Both the position numbers and the translations under genes were made by a program. From Eubacteriales bacterium (GTDB lineage Bacteria > Bacillota > Clostridia > Saccharofermentanales > DTU023), in contig JAUNVU010000001.1 of NCBI GenBank assembly GCA_030537525.1, forward strand, positions 84,187 through 148,186: 64,000 nucleotides of DNA, in the 5' to 3' direction. Below the pieces are notes generated by a model. That model saw only the letters and a list, made by a program, of their open reading frames with translations, had not been told where the DNA came from and did no database searches. Below, in pieces: positions 39,204 to 49,436 of the stretch (positions are counted from its first letter, which is position 1; every line of letters begins with the position of its first letter).

Positions 39204-41849
39204 ATGCAGAAATTAGGTCTGAACGAAATTAGAGAGAAGTTTTTAAACTTTTTTGAGAGTAAGGATCACTTGGTATTGCCAAGTTTTTCCTTAGTTCCAA
39301 AGGATGATCCATCAATATTATTGAATAATGCAGGCATGACGCCGATGAAGAAGTGGTTCACTAGAGAAGAGGAACCACCTAGTCTCCGGATTGCGACTTG
39401 TCAGAAGTGTATTCGCACACCTGATATTGACAATGTCGGTTACACCGCGAGGCACGGCACTTTCTTTGAGATGCTTGGCAACTTTTCTTTTAATGATTAC
39501 TTTAAAGAAGATGCAATTAAGTGGGCTTGGGAATTTGTTCATGAAGTGCTGGAAATTCCCTACGAGCGCCTGGCTGTCAGCGTCTATGAATCGGATGATG
39601 AAGCTTATGACATCTGGCACGATATCATGGGCTTGCCAGCTGAGAAGATCTTTAGACTCGGCAAGGAGGATAATTTCTGGGAACATGGTGTAGGTCCCTG
39701 TGGTCCTTGTTCTGAGATCTTTGTCGACCGTGGCGAAGAACATGGCTGTGGTAAGCCAAATTGCGAAGTTGGTTGCGAATGTGACCGCTTCGTAGAGGTT
39801 TGGAACTTGGTCTTCACCCAGTTTAAGCGTCTAGAAGATGGAAGCTATGAAGAACTGAGCTCGAAAAACATCGATACTGGTGCAGGTCTTGAGCGTTTTG
39901 CAATGGTCATGCAAGACGTAGATAACCTTTTTGAAGTAGATACTGTACGAGCGATTATTGATGCAGTAGCAAAGAAGGCCAAGCGAAAGTATCACAATAA
40001 CGATAGCACTGATGTTTCCTTGCGAGTTGTCACCGACCATATCAGGTCGACAGTATTTATGCTGGCTGACGGTGTCAGGCCTAGTAATGAGGGTAGGGGC
40101 TATGTTTTGCGACGCTTGATCAGACGAGCTGCAGCAAGGGGTCTTTTGCTAGATATCAGTGAGCCCTTCCTTTGTGATATTGCGGAGGTGGCGATTAAAC
40201 TTTCGAAATCGGCTTATCCAGAGCTTGAGGATCGCAAAAAAGAGATCTTAAAAGAACTTGCTGCTGAGGAGCAATCATTCAGGAATGCGGTAGAGCATGC
40301 TCTGCCTAGCCTTAAAGAACTTATTGCCACAGCTAAGGAGAAGCATGAACCGATCCCTGGTAGCGAGCTTTTTAAATTACACGACAGCTACGGCCTGCCC
40401 ATCGATCTTTCTGGCGAGATCGCAGAAAATTATGGTGTGCAAATTGACCGAGCAGGTTTCGACGAAGCAATGGCTCGCCAAAAAGAGAGAGCACGTCGAA
40501 ATCACTTAGATAATCTTTCTTCAGCTTGGACAAGCATGGTTTTGCCAGCTGCGGTTCAGCAGTCTAATAAGACAAAATTCCTAGGCTACGATGAAGAATT
40601 GATTGCCACAGAGGCAAAGTTGCAATTTATCTTGGAGCAAGTAGATGATGAGCTAGTTGAAAGGGAGAAGACAGAGCCAAACAAGCAGTACTATTTAATT
40701 TTCGATGAGACTCCATTCTATGCCGAAGCCGGAGGTCAGATTGGTGATACAGGTGAGATCTTGGCTAAAGATCAATTGGTAGCAGAAGTTCAGGATTGCC
40801 AGAAGAAGAATGGCTACTACCTACACCAGACTTTTGCCGTTGGAGAGTTAATTAGAGGTCAGCAATATACCTTAGCCATTCACGCTCAGAGGCGTCTAGA
40901 CATCATGCGTAATCATACTGCGACTCACCTCCTGCATGCAGCTTTGCGACAAATTCTCGGACCAGAAGCAGAGCAAAGAGGCTCACTTGTCCATCCAGAC
41001 TACCTCCGCTTTGACTTCAGTTCTAGGCGAGGTCTAACTCCTGAAGAATTGGGAGCGGTTGAGGATCTTGTCAACGAAGAGATTCTCAAGAATACAGACA
41101 TTCATACGGAAGAAATGCCACTAGAAGATGCCCTAGAGATGGGTGCCTTGGCTCTGTTTGGAGAAAAATATGATTCGCTGGTCAGGGTAATGAAGGTTGC
41201 GGATTTCTCGGTGGAACTCTGCGGCGGTACCCACCTTGACAACTCAGCAAAGACTGGTTTATTCCACATTCTCTCTGAAAATGGTATCGCTTCTGGCGTA
41301 CGCCGTATTTTCGCTGTGACTGGCGAGAAAGCTCTCGACTACAAGCGCGAGCAACGCGAGCAAAATAGGACTATCTCAGCGCTATTGGGTGTAAGAGAGA
41401 GCGATATATGTAGAAAACTAGAAGAGCTAGTCCAGGAGAAGGTTGAATTAGAAAAGCAGTATAAGAAATTAAAACAGGCACAAAATAAGGATCTCGGTCT
41501 GAGTCTTTTAGACGATATCCAAGAAATCAAAGGCTTGAAGGTGTTGCTAGCTCCAGTTGAGGATCTAGCCGCGAAGGAGCTGCGCGAACTCTCAGACCAA
41601 TTGGTACAAAGAGGTGAGCTAGACTTCTTGCTTTTAGTCTCCGCAATTGATGGCAAAGTTCTCTTGCTGGCCAAAGCCTCGAATTCCGCTATTGATTCTG
41701 GATATAAGGCAGGCGAATTAGTTCGCATGGCAGCACAGGAACTCGGCGGTTCGGGCGGAGGGAAGCCAGATTATGCACAGGCGGGAGGCAAGAACCCGAA
41801 GGCCATTCCAGAAGCCATAGCCAAGGTTAGATCTGCCTTGGAAGCCTAG
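39204..41849 (+). CDS. alaS: Alanine--tRNA ligase
   Basis: RHGTFFEMLGNFSF, IDTGAGLER, HTATH, ELCGGTH. Confidence 0.98.
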   Translation: MQKLGLNEIREKFLNFFESKDHLVLPSFSLVPKDDPSILLNNAGMTPMKKWFTREEEPPSLRIATCQKCIRTPDIDNVGYTARHGTFFEMLGNFSFNDYFKEDAIKWAWEFVHEVLEIPYERLAVSVYESDDEAYDIWHDIMGLPAEKIFRLGKEDNFWEHGVGPCGPCSEIFVDRGEEHGCGKPNCEVGCECDRFVEVWNLVFTQFKRLEDGSYEELSSKNIDTGAGLERFAMVMQDVDNLFEVDTVRAIIDAVAKKAKRKYHNNDSTDVSLRVVTDHIRSTVFMLADGVRPSNEGRGYVLRRLIRRAAARGLLLDISEPFLCDIAEVAIKLSKSAYPELEDRKKEILKELAAEEQSFRNAVEHALPSLKELIATAKEKHEPIPGSELFKLHDSYGLPIDLSGEIAENYGVQIDRAGFDEAMARQKERARRNHLDNLSSAWTSMVLPAAVQQSNKTKFLGYDEELIATEAKLQFILEQVDDELVEREKTEPNKQYYLIFDETPFYAEAGGQIGDTGEILAKDQLVAEVQDCQKKNGYYLHQTFAVGELIRGQQYTLAIHAQRRLDIMRNHTATHLLHAALRQILGPEAEQRGSLVHPDYLRFDFSSRRGLTPEELGAVEDLVNEEILKNTDIHTEEMPLEDALEMGALALFGEKYDSLVRVMKVADFSVELCGGTHLDNSAKTGLFHILSENGIASGVRRIFAVTGEKALDYKREQREQNRTISALLGVRESDICRKLEELVQEKVELEKQYKKLKQAQNKDLGLSLLDDIQEIKGLKVLLAPVEDLAAKELRELSDQLVQRGELDFLLLVSAIDGKVLLLAKASNSAIDSGYKAGELVRMAAQELGGSGGGKPDYAQAGGKNPKAIPEAIAKVRSALEA

Positions 41850-41859
41850 GGAGGAGCAT

Positions 41860-42216
41860 ATGACAGACTGTATCTTCTGTAAGATTATCAAGGGTGAGAT
41901 TCCCTCAGAAAGGGTTTATGAGGGTAAAACTCTCATTGCTATTAGAGATATTAATCCTATGAAGCCGACACATGTACTCTTTATGCCAAGAGACCATGTG
42001 AAGGATGTGTTAGGACTTGCCTCATGGGACCACGCCCCCGCCTTTCAAGCTGAGTTAAATCAGGCGATCGCTGAAGTGGTTGCCGTCGAAGGCATTGAGA
42101 ATAGCGGCTTCTCGCTGATTACGAATTGTGGAAGTGACGGTGGTCAGACTGTCTTCCACCTCCATTTCCATTTGATGGGTGGATCGCCTATAGAGTGGGC
42201 GAAGTTGGCTCAATAA
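41860..42216 (+). CDS. HIT family (histidine triad) nucleotide-binding protein
   Basis: DCIFCKII, HLHFH. Confidence 0.93.
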   Translation: MTDCIFCKIIKGEIPSERVYEGKTLIAIRDINPMKPTHVLFMPRDHVKDVLGLASWDHAPAFQAELNQAIAEVVAVEGIENSGFSLITNCGSDGGQTVFHLHFHLMGGSPIEWAKLAQ

Positions 42217-42217
42217 C

Positions 42218-42246
42218 TTGACATAGAAGGCAATGCTTCATAGAAT
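42218..42246 (+). promoter_or_regulatory. Promoter of rpsU
   Basis: TTGACA-17 nt-TAGAAT. Confidence 0.8.
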
Positions 42247-42312
42247 AATCAGGTACTATTTTGCCAGTGGGTTGCTATGCAACATATACTCACAAGGAGG
42301 GGAGGGATAAAG

Positions 42313-42486
42313 ATGACAGAGATTAGGGTTAAAGAAAATGAAACTCTCGACAGTGCTCTAAGACGCTTTAAGCGTTCCTGCGCCCGCTCCGGAATTCTCG
42401 CAGAGGTGAGGAAACGTGAGTACTATGAGAAGCCTAGCGTGAAGCGCAAGAAGAAGGCAGAAGCAGCCAGAAAACGTAAGCGCTAA
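42313..42486 (+). CDS. rpsU: 30S ribosomal protein S21
   Basis: [19 protein letters not shown]; GGAGGGGAGGG SD. Confidence 0.97.
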   Translation: MTEIRVKENETLDSALRRFKRSCARSGILAEVRKREYYEKPSVKRKKKAEAARKRKR

Positions 42487-42509
42487 GATTTTCATACTTA
42501 GATTAGATA

Positions 42510-42550
42510 GGGGAATTTGCGAATTTGGCAAATTCCCTTTATTATTTTTT
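42510..42550 (+). terminator. Intrinsic terminator after rpsU
   Basis: GGGAATTTGC/GCAAATTCCC plus T-rich tail. Confidence 0.8.
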
Positions 42551-42610
42551 ATAAGAAGCACGAAGGTGAATGTCGTGTAAGCATGATTGTGCATAAGAAT
42601 AGAGGATTAT

Positions 42611-44686
42611 ATGACTTGGAGCCCATGGATAAGAAAAGAGTGGAAACCTCTGTATGAGCGAGGAGAGAGCGTTGCTTTGTCCGAACTGCTTAGAGATTAT
42701 GAATTTGATGAAAATGCTCCAGACGGAGATCCTAGAAATTACAGTTTAGTAGATTTACCTGATCCCTATCTATTTAATGATATGAGTAGAGCAGTTGACC
42801 TGGTGTCTGAGATTATAGATAAGCAGGGTCGAATTATAATTTTTGGGGACTACGATGCTGACGGACTCTGCTCTTCGGCGGTGCTTGGCAGGTTTTTAAG
42901 AAATCGTGGTGTTGATTACTCAATAATGATTCCTGATCGGCTTACGGATGGTTATGGCATTAGTGAGCGACACGTGACCGAATGTATTGCGAGAGAAGCC
43001 GACTTGCTTATTACGGTTGATTGCGGGATTACAGCTATTGATGAGGTAGCGGAATTAAGAGCGGCAGGTATAAATGTAATTGTCACCGACCACCATCGCT
43101 GTTCAGATGAATTGCCTGCTGCAAATTGCGTAATTAACCCCCAGTGTCCCGATGAGAGATACCCATTCAAGGACTTGGCTGGGGTTGGCGTTGCCTTTAA
43201 CTTGGTTTGGGCTCTGGCCAGTAGATTGGGTATACGTGATTTTGACTTAGACTGTTATTTGACATTAGTGGCTCTCGGTACCATAGCAGATGCCATGCCC
43301 GTCAGATCGGTCAATCGTATCTTGATAAATGCTGGATTAAAAGTTTTTCGAGAGAAGGCGCCACTAGCTCTCCGACGTCTAGTCGAGAAGTTGAGCAGCT
43401 CCGAGGAACTTGATGCCCGTTTTATTGCCTTTAGCATAGCACCAAGATTAAATGCAGCTGGTCGTCTTGCCGATATTAAACCCGCCTTAGACTTGCTGTT
43501 TTGTGAAGATGAATTTGAGGCGAAAGCGATTATTGAACAATTAGAAAAATTAAATCTCAATCGCCGGCAGATTGAGGGCAGGATGCTCAGTGAAGCCAAT
43601 AGATTACTTGCCGACAATCCTGGAATTTCGGCACGAGATATTATAGTATTGGCAGGTGATGACTGGCATATTGGGGTAATCGGCATCGTTGCAGCCAGAT
43701 TAGTTGATAGTCTAAAGAAGCCAGTGATTTTATTGAGCAAGTCAGAAGATGGCTTGATGAGAGCTTCGGGCCGGGCGCCGGAGGGTTATAACTTACACGC
43801 TATAATTGCTCGCCATGCTGGCTTATTAGAGGCCTTTGGTGGTCATGAGGCGGCTTGTGGATTCTCAGTTCACGAAAGGAATTTTTTGAAACTTGATGAG
43901 GAATTAGCTGAGGAGAAGCTAGAGCTTATTAGCAGTTTTGAGGAAGAGTACTTTACCGAGTTATTTAGTCATGACATCAGAGATGAGACAGTTGAATTAA
44001 TTGAATCCTACGGGCCTTTTGGGCATGGCCATGAAGAACTCGTATTTGCTATTCGTAATATCTGTCTCAGTAATTTGAGGCCTTTAAGCGCTGGTCGTCA
44101 TCTATCTTGTCAGATCTGCTTTGACGATGGTATTAAATTAAATGGCATTGCCTTCGTTAGAGGAGACATGATCAGATTGCTGCAAAGCCAGCAACCAACG
44201 GCAATCTATGGCTCTCTAGTCTTCAATCACTTTAGAGGCAAGAGGAATCTTCAGTTCAAAATTTTAGACATCCTCTTTTCTGAAGACGAAGAATTTTTAA
44301 ATCGCCATATCGCAAGTGAGGCCGCCTATGAAGAAGGTGCAAGCCTAGATGAACTAAGAGAGAAGTTTGGTGAAGGTCTAGTCGATTTAGATCCCGTCCT
44401 GATCAAGGAGTTCTTCATCTTCATCCAGCAGCAATTACCCTATGCTGAGCCCGTTGACCTCAGTAGATTAAGGTTACTATATTACTGGTTTTGGCAGAAA
44501 GACTACGATGAATTTACCCATGCCAGACTATTAGAGTTATTTGCAGATGCTGGCCTGCTCACAGTGAAATTCATGGAGCCAGGGCGTTTCTTGATTGGAC
44601 TGGCAACAGAGCCGGAAGAGCGAGTCAAGCTATCTGAGACCAGGGCTTGGCAAGACTTCGTCAGAGCTGGTTTAATTAATGAGTAA
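42611..44686 (+). CDS. recJ: ssDNA-specific exonuclease RecJ
   Basis: GDYDADG, TVDCG, TDHH, PRLNAAGR, GGHEAACG. Confidence 0.95.
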   Translation: MTWSPWIRKEWKPLYERGESVALSELLRDYEFDENAPDGDPRNYSLVDLPDPYLFNDMSRAVDLVSEIIDKQGRIIIFGDYDADGLCSSAVLGRFLRNRGVDYSIMIPDRLTDGYGISERHVTECIAREADLLITVDCGITAIDEVAELRAAGINVIVTDHHRCSDELPAANCVINPQCPDERYPFKDLAGVGVAFNLVWALASRLGIRDFDLDCYLTLVALGTIADAMPVRSVNRILINAGLKVFREKAPLALRRLVEKLSSSEELDARFIAFSIAPRLNAAGRLADIKPALDLLFCEDEFEAKAIIEQLEKLNLNRRQIEGRMLSEANRLLADNPGISARDIIVLAGDDWHIGVIGIVAARLVDSLKKPVILLSKSEDGLMRASGRAPEGYNLHAIIARHAGLLEAFGGHEAACGFSVHERNFLKLDEELAEEKLELISSFEEEYFTELFSHDIRDETVELIESYGPFGHGHEELVFAIRNICLSNLRPLSAGRHLSCQICFDDGIKLNGIAFVRGDMIRLLQSQQPTAIYGSLVFNHFRGKRNLQFKILDILFSEDEEFLNRHIASEAAYEEGASLDELREKFGEGLVDLDPVLIKEFFIFIQQQLPYAEPVDLSRLRLLYYWFWQKDYDEFTHARLLELFADAGLLTVKFMEPGRFLIGLATEPEERVKLSETRAWQDFVRAGLINE

Positions 44687-44722
44687 ATAGTAAAATCTCT
44701 GAAAGAATAGTAAAATAAAGAA

Positions 44723-47110
44723 ATGGTAGTAAATAGCTCAAATTTAAAACGTGAGAAGATAGGACTGAGGGCTGAATTCAAGGACCCTAGTCAGGCTAAG
44801 GCAAGAACATTTGAGAAATGTGATCAGCAGAGTCTCGCGCGCCAAGTTGTTAAGATTGCCGAAGAGTACAGGCGTTACAGCAAGGATGATGATCTGAAGG
44901 AGATTTACCAGGCTTATGAATATGCCAGGGAGAAGCACAAGGGTCAGAAACGGGCCAATGGCCAGCCATATATCATCCATCCAATTGCTGTGGCTGCTAT
45001 ATTATTAGAAATTGAAGTCGATAAAGATACTTTAAAGGCAGCTTTTTTGCACGATGTAGTGGAGGATTGTGACGTAACCCTTGATGATATAGCGGAGCAC
45101 TTTGGAGATGCCACTGCCAAGTTGGTTGACGGCGTAACCAAATTATCTAAATTAGCTTACTCCTCAAAGGAAGAACTACAAGCTCAAAACTTCCGTAAGA
45201 TGTTCCTCGCCATGGCAAAGGACATCAGGGTCGTTTTGATTAAGTTGGCCGACCGCCTTCATAATATGCGCACGATGAGCTTCAAGGAGCCGCATAAGCA
45301 GGTTGAGAAGTCACGTGAGACGCTCGATATCTATGCACCTCTAGCTCATCGTTTGGGTATCTATAAGATCAAGTGGGAGCTAGAAGATCTTTGCTTACGC
45401 TTCTTAGAGTCGGAAGCTTATTACGAATTGGTCGGGGCAATTGCTCAGAAACGTTCTCTGCGCGAGAGTTTTCTCGAAAATATTGTCATTCAATTGACAG
45501 AGGCTATAAATAGTCTCGGCTTGAGAGCCGAGATTGAGGGCAGACCCAAGCATTTTTATTCCATTTATCGGAAGATGAAGAGTCAGAATAAGGGAATTGA
45601 TGAAATCTATGATCTATTTGCTACCAGGATCATTGTCCCTTCAGTTGCTGATTGCTATGCCGTCTTGGGTCTAGTGCATGAATTGTATAAGCCTATGCCA
45701 GGTAGATTCAAAGATTATATTGCCATGCCTAAGCCCAATATGTATCAATCTCTACACTCTACAGTTATTGGTCCCAATGGCGTGCCATTTGAGGTTCAAA
45801 TTAGGACTTTCGACATGCATAGAACTGCTGAATACGGCATAGCTGCTCATTGGCGGTATAAAGAGGGTAAGAGCGACAAGCCTGCCAACGCCGCCATCGA
45901 ATCAAAGCTAACCTGGTTGAGACAGTTGCTCGAGTGGCAGAAAGATATGTCAGGGCCTGATGAATTTATGGAGAGCTTGCGCCAGGGTCTGATCGAAGAT
46001 GAGGTCTTCGTTTTCACGCCTAGAGGAGAGGTTAAACCCCTACCTATGGGGGCTAATCCTATCGACTTTGCCTATGCCATTCACTCTGATGTTGGACATC
46101 ATATGTCAGGCGCTAAGGTCAATGGTCGCCAAGTGCCCTTGAACTACGTTTTAGCCAATGGTGATATTGTTGAAATTATCACGACGGAGAAGATGAATGG
46201 GCCATCACTCGACTGGTTGAAAATTGTCAAATCTTCTAATGCCAAGTCTAAGATCAGGGCGTGGCATAAGAAGAGCCAGCGCGAAGATAATATCCATCGC
46301 GGTAAGCATGACTTGGAAGAAGAGATCAAGAAACAGGGCTTCGAGCCAGGAAAACTCTTGCAAAAACAGTTCTATGAGCCAATAGTTAAACGTTATAGCT
46401 TCTCGAGTATCGAAGATATATATGCGGCCATCGGCTATAGAGGTATTTCAGTAAATCGTATTTATCCAGCTTTGAGAGATCGTTATCTGATAAGTCTCAG
46501 TGATGAGGAGCGCTCTAAATTAGGATACCGCCTCAATCCTAATGGCCAAATTGTTAAACTGGCAAAGGGCGGGATTCAAGTCGAAGATCTCAAGTCTGGC
46601 GAACGCAAGGAACATAGGGAGCCGAAGCGCAAGAGCAGCTCTTGCGGCGTTGACGTTGTAGGGTTGGATAATGCACTGGTCAAATTAGCTAACTGTTGTA
46701 GCCCAGTTAAGGGAGATCCAATTATCGGTTTTATCACTAGGGGTTCAGGTGTTACGGTTCACCGCACTAGTTGCAGCAATATCCGTCGCTTATTAGAGCT
46801 TGCCAATCGCTCGGAGAAAGATGCAGAGCGTGCAGCCCGTCTAATTGATGTGTATTGGAGTGGTGACGAGGATATTAGCTTCGATGTCAGAATAAGCATC
46901 ATCTGTTATGACCGACCAGGTCTCTTTGCCGAAGTCTCGAATGCAATAGCTGAAGAGAGGGTAACGATCATTTCCGGTCAGCTAAATTCCGCAAAAGATG
47001 TCACGGCTTCTCTAGACTTGACGATAAAAGTAAATGCGCACCGACAACTCGATAGAATCGTCGGGCGCATCAAGACAATAGATGGTGTAATTAGTGTGCG
47101 CCGTGTCTAG
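44723..47110 (+). CDS. relA: Bifunctional (p)ppGpp synthetase/hydrolase Rel
   Basis: HDVVED hydrolase motif, RFKDY, EVQIRT, TGS, ANCCSP, ACT domain. Confidence 0.96.
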   Translation: MVVNSSNLKREKIGLRAEFKDPSQAKARTFEKCDQQSLARQVVKIAEEYRRYSKDDDLKEIYQAYEYAREKHKGQKRANGQPYIIHPIAVAAILLEIEVDKDTLKAAFLHDVVEDCDVTLDDIAEHFGDATAKLVDGVTKLSKLAYSSKEELQAQNFRKMFLAMAKDIRVVLIKLADRLHNMRTMSFKEPHKQVEKSRETLDIYAPLAHRLGIYKIKWELEDLCLRFLESEAYYELVGAIAQKRSLRESFLENIVIQLTEAINSLGLRAEIEGRPKHFYSIYRKMKSQNKGIDEIYDLFATRIIVPSVADCYAVLGLVHELYKPMPGRFKDYIAMPKPNMYQSLHSTVIGPNGVPFEVQIRTFDMHRTAEYGIAAHWRYKEGKSDKPANAAIESKLTWLRQLLEWQKDMSGPDEFMESLRQGLIEDEVFVFTPRGEVKPLPMGANPIDFAYAIHSDVGHHMSGAKVNGRQVPLNYVLANGDIVEIITTEKMNGPSLDWLKIVKSSNAKSKIRAWHKKSQREDNIHRGKHDLEEEIKKQGFEPGKLLQKQFYEPIVKRYSFSSIEDIYAAIGYRGISVNRIYPALRDRYLISLSDEERSKLGYRLNPNGQIVKLAKGGIQVEDLKSGERKEHREPKRKSSSCGVDVVGLDNALVKLANCCSPVKGDPIIGFITRGSGVTVHRTSCSNIRRLLELANRSEKDAERAARLIDVYWSGDEDISFDVRISIICYDRPGLFAEVSNAIAEERVTIISGQLNSAKDVTASLDLTIKVNAHRQLDRIVGRIKTIDGVISVRRV

Positions 47111-47120
47111 GCCTCTGCCA

Positions 47121-48857
47121 TTATACTTCAACTACATGAATTAGAACTATGGGTGAGCGCTTCGTCTTCTGGCGAATAAGCCCTTTAAGATCGTGCTTTA
47201 ACTTCCCTTGCTTGAGCTTCAAGCGGAGTTGATCCCCCTTGTGCTCTTTAGCAAAGCGCTGGATAATTTCGTTAAGGTCTTTTAAAACCTTATCTTGATC
47301 ATCTTCATAGATGAAGCCTAGCATCTCGATTTGAGCTGGTCCAACGAGGCGCTGTTGCTTATTATCCATAGTAAGAACTATTGAAAGTAGCCCGTCTTCA
47401 GCAAGCAGGCGCCGTTCACGAAGTACGTCAGCATCGATATCACCAACTCCAAGGCCATCGATGAGAATGCTGCCAGCATTGACAAAGTCAGTAACAGCAC
47501 CGTGATCCTCGCCTAGGGTTAAGACATCACCATTAGACATGAGAAAAATGTTTTCGGCAGGAATACCAGTTTCTTTGGCCAATTGTCCGTGCTTATACAT
47601 ATGTCTAAATTCGCCGTGATTTGGTACGAAATACTTGGGCTTCAAAAGGTTCAAGATCAGTTGTAGCTCGCCTCTGTACGCATGTCCAGAGACGTGGATA
47701 TCCGCTAGTCGATGATAGATAACCTCTGCGCCACACAAGTAGAGGTCGTTGATCATTGAGTAGATAGCAGACTCGTTCCCAGGGATCATAGAAGAAGATA
47801 GGAAGACAGTATCACCAGCTTGAATTTCAACCTGTCTGTGCTCGTTGTGAGCAATCCTACTCAAGGCGGCCATTGGCTCACCTTGTGTGCCAGTCATGAT
47901 AATAAGAATCTCTTCTGGCTTCAACTTCAAAAGATCATCAAGATCAACCATGGTTTCAGGTTTGTACTTTAAATAACCAAGAGAATTGGCAGCTTCGAAG
48001 ACCTTGCGCATTGAAAAACCAAGTAGCCCGACCTTCCTATTGTGGAGCTCGGCAGCTTCGATAATCTGCTGTAGACGAAAGACGTTAGAGGCGAAGGTGG
48101 CGACGAAGATACGGCCGTCAACATCGGCAAATAGCTTGCCTAGTGATTCACCTACCATGCTCTCGGATGGCGTGAATCCAGGGTGTTCGACATTGGTCGA
48201 CTCACCGATATAAGCAGTTAATCCTGAGCTGCCGATTTCTGCTAGGCGGTTAAGATCAATGGGGTCACCATGTACGGGATCCCAGTCGAGCTTGAAGTCG
48301 CCTGAGTGATAGACGGATCCAGCTGGAGATTGCACATAGATGCCTGAGGCATCGGCTATTGAATGATTGACATGGACAAATTCAACCTTGAACTTGCCTG
48401 CACGGATAGTCTCGCCAGTTTTTACGATATTAAGTCTGTCGACATTCTCATCGGCAAAAGCCCGGTTACTGCCTCGCTGTCTGTCAAAGAGTTTTTCCTT
48501 GACTAACTTCATTGTCAGGGGCAGGCCGTATACGGGACAGTCCACATTTTGCATCAACCAGGTGATGGCACCGATATGATCTTCGTGTCCGTGCGTTAGG
48601 AATATCCCACGAACCTTGTCTCTATTATGCTTAACGAAGCTAAAGTCAGGGATTACGAGGTCGATACCAAGCATCTCATCTGCGGGGAAACCGAGACCTG
48701 AGTCTATAATCATTAGATCATCCTGATAGCGCAACACACATATATTCTTGCCTATCTCACGCCAGCCACCTAGTGCTATAATCTGCAATTTATCGAAATC
48801 TTCGGTAAGTTCATTATTTCTTATCAATTCAATATCGCTCTTTTTTGATTTGCTCAT
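47121..48857 (-). CDS. rnj: Ribonuclease J
   Basis: LTHGHEDHIG, HSGDFK, HVSGH, PNHGE. Confidence 0.95.
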   Translation of the reverse strand: MSKSKKSDIELIRNNELTEDFDKLQIIALGGWREIGKNICVLRYQDDLMIIDSGLGFPADEMLGIDLVIPDFSFVKHNRDKVRGIFLTHGHEDHIGAITWLMQNVDCPVYGLPLTMKLVKEKLFDRQRGSNRAFADENVDRLNIVKTGETIRAGKFKVEFVHVNHSIADASGIYVQSPAGSVYHSGDFKLDWDPVHGDPIDLNRLAEIGSSGLTAYIGESTNVEHPGFTPSESMVGESLGKLFADVDGRIFVATFASNVFRLQQIIEAAELHNRKVGLLGFSMRKVFEAANSLGYLKYKPETMVDLDDLLKLKPEEILIIMTGTQGEPMAALSRIAHNEHRQVEIQAGDTVFLSSSMIPGNESAIYSMINDLYLCGAEVIYHRLADIHVSGHAYRGELQLILNLLKPKYFVPNHGEFRHMYKHGQLAKETGIPAENIFLMSNGDVLTLGEDHGAVTDFVNAGSILIDGLGVGDIDADVLRERRLLAEDGLLSIVLTMDNKQQRLVGPAQIEMLGFIYEDDQDKVLKDLNEIIQRFAKEHKGDQLRLKLKQGKLKHDLKGLIRQKTKRSPIVLIHVVEV

Positions 48858-48945
48858 TATTTGCTCCTTGGCATTTACATTATTACCTTATAGATACGAT
48901 CATTATAGCAAATGCTCGTTTCTGCAAGTAAAATATTGAGAAACC

Positions 48946-48975
48946 TTGCCAGAGCAAGTTTTATCATGCTAAGAT
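48946..48975 (+). promoter_or_regulatory. Promoter of rpsT
   Basis: TTGCCA-18 nt-TAAGAT with extended TG; divergent TGcTATAAT for rnj at about 48902-48910 on the minus strand. Confidence 0.55.
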
Positions 48976-49039
48976 TGTCAAGCGCTAGGGTCTATTGACC
49001 TCTGTACCGAAGCTAGCGACAAAACCAGGGAGGTAAAGA

Positions 49040-49303
49040 ATGCCAAATATTAAATCAGCAATTAAGCGCGTCAGCAATAGTCAGCAGAAGGCTAAGTTCA
49101 ACAAGCACGCTAAGAGCTCGCTGAGAACCGCAATTAAGAAAGGCGAAAAGGCCATCGAAGAGGCTTCCGACCAGGCAGCTAAGCTGGTACAGGAGACGCA
49201 GATTAAGCTCGATAAGGCAGTGGGCAAGGGCCTAGTTCACAAGAACAAGGCAGCACGTAAGAAGTCACGACTAGCCAAGAAGCTTAATGAAATGACTAAG
49301 TAA
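49040..49303 (+). CDS. rpsT: 30S ribosomal protein S20
   Basis: MPNIKSAIKR, HKNKAARKKSRL. Confidence 0.97.
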   Translation: MPNIKSAIKRVSNSQQKAKFNKHAKSSLRTAIKKGEKAIEEASDQAAKLVQETQIKLDKAVGKGLVHKNKAARKKSRLAKKLNEMTK

Positions 49304-49308
49304 GCCAT

Positions 49309-49336
49309 GGGCGTCGCTCGAGCGGCGCTTTTTTTA
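49309..49336 (+). terminator. Intrinsic terminator after rpsT
   Basis: GGCGTCGC/GCGGCGCT plus T tract. Confidence 0.8.
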
Positions 49337-49363
49337 TGCAGTAGTGCTTGAATTTCTCTCTTC

Positions 49364-49392
49364 TTGGAGCTTTAATAGTGACGGTTTATACT
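49364..49392 (+). promoter_or_regulatory. Candidate stand-alone promoter for adk-map-infA
   Basis: TTGGAG-17 nt-TATACT. Confidence 0.45.
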
Positions 49393-49436
49393 TAAATATA
49401 AGATCGTGTAAACTAGAGGCGATGAGGAGGTGTCCG

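Noticed and set aside
16380-42411. Arginine codon reassignment (CGG, CGA or AGG) as reported in some Firmicutes
   Set aside because: Spot checks show CGG in LepA KKRM (16380), AGG in S21 EVRKRE (42409) and CGA in L5 TLRG at conserved Arg positions
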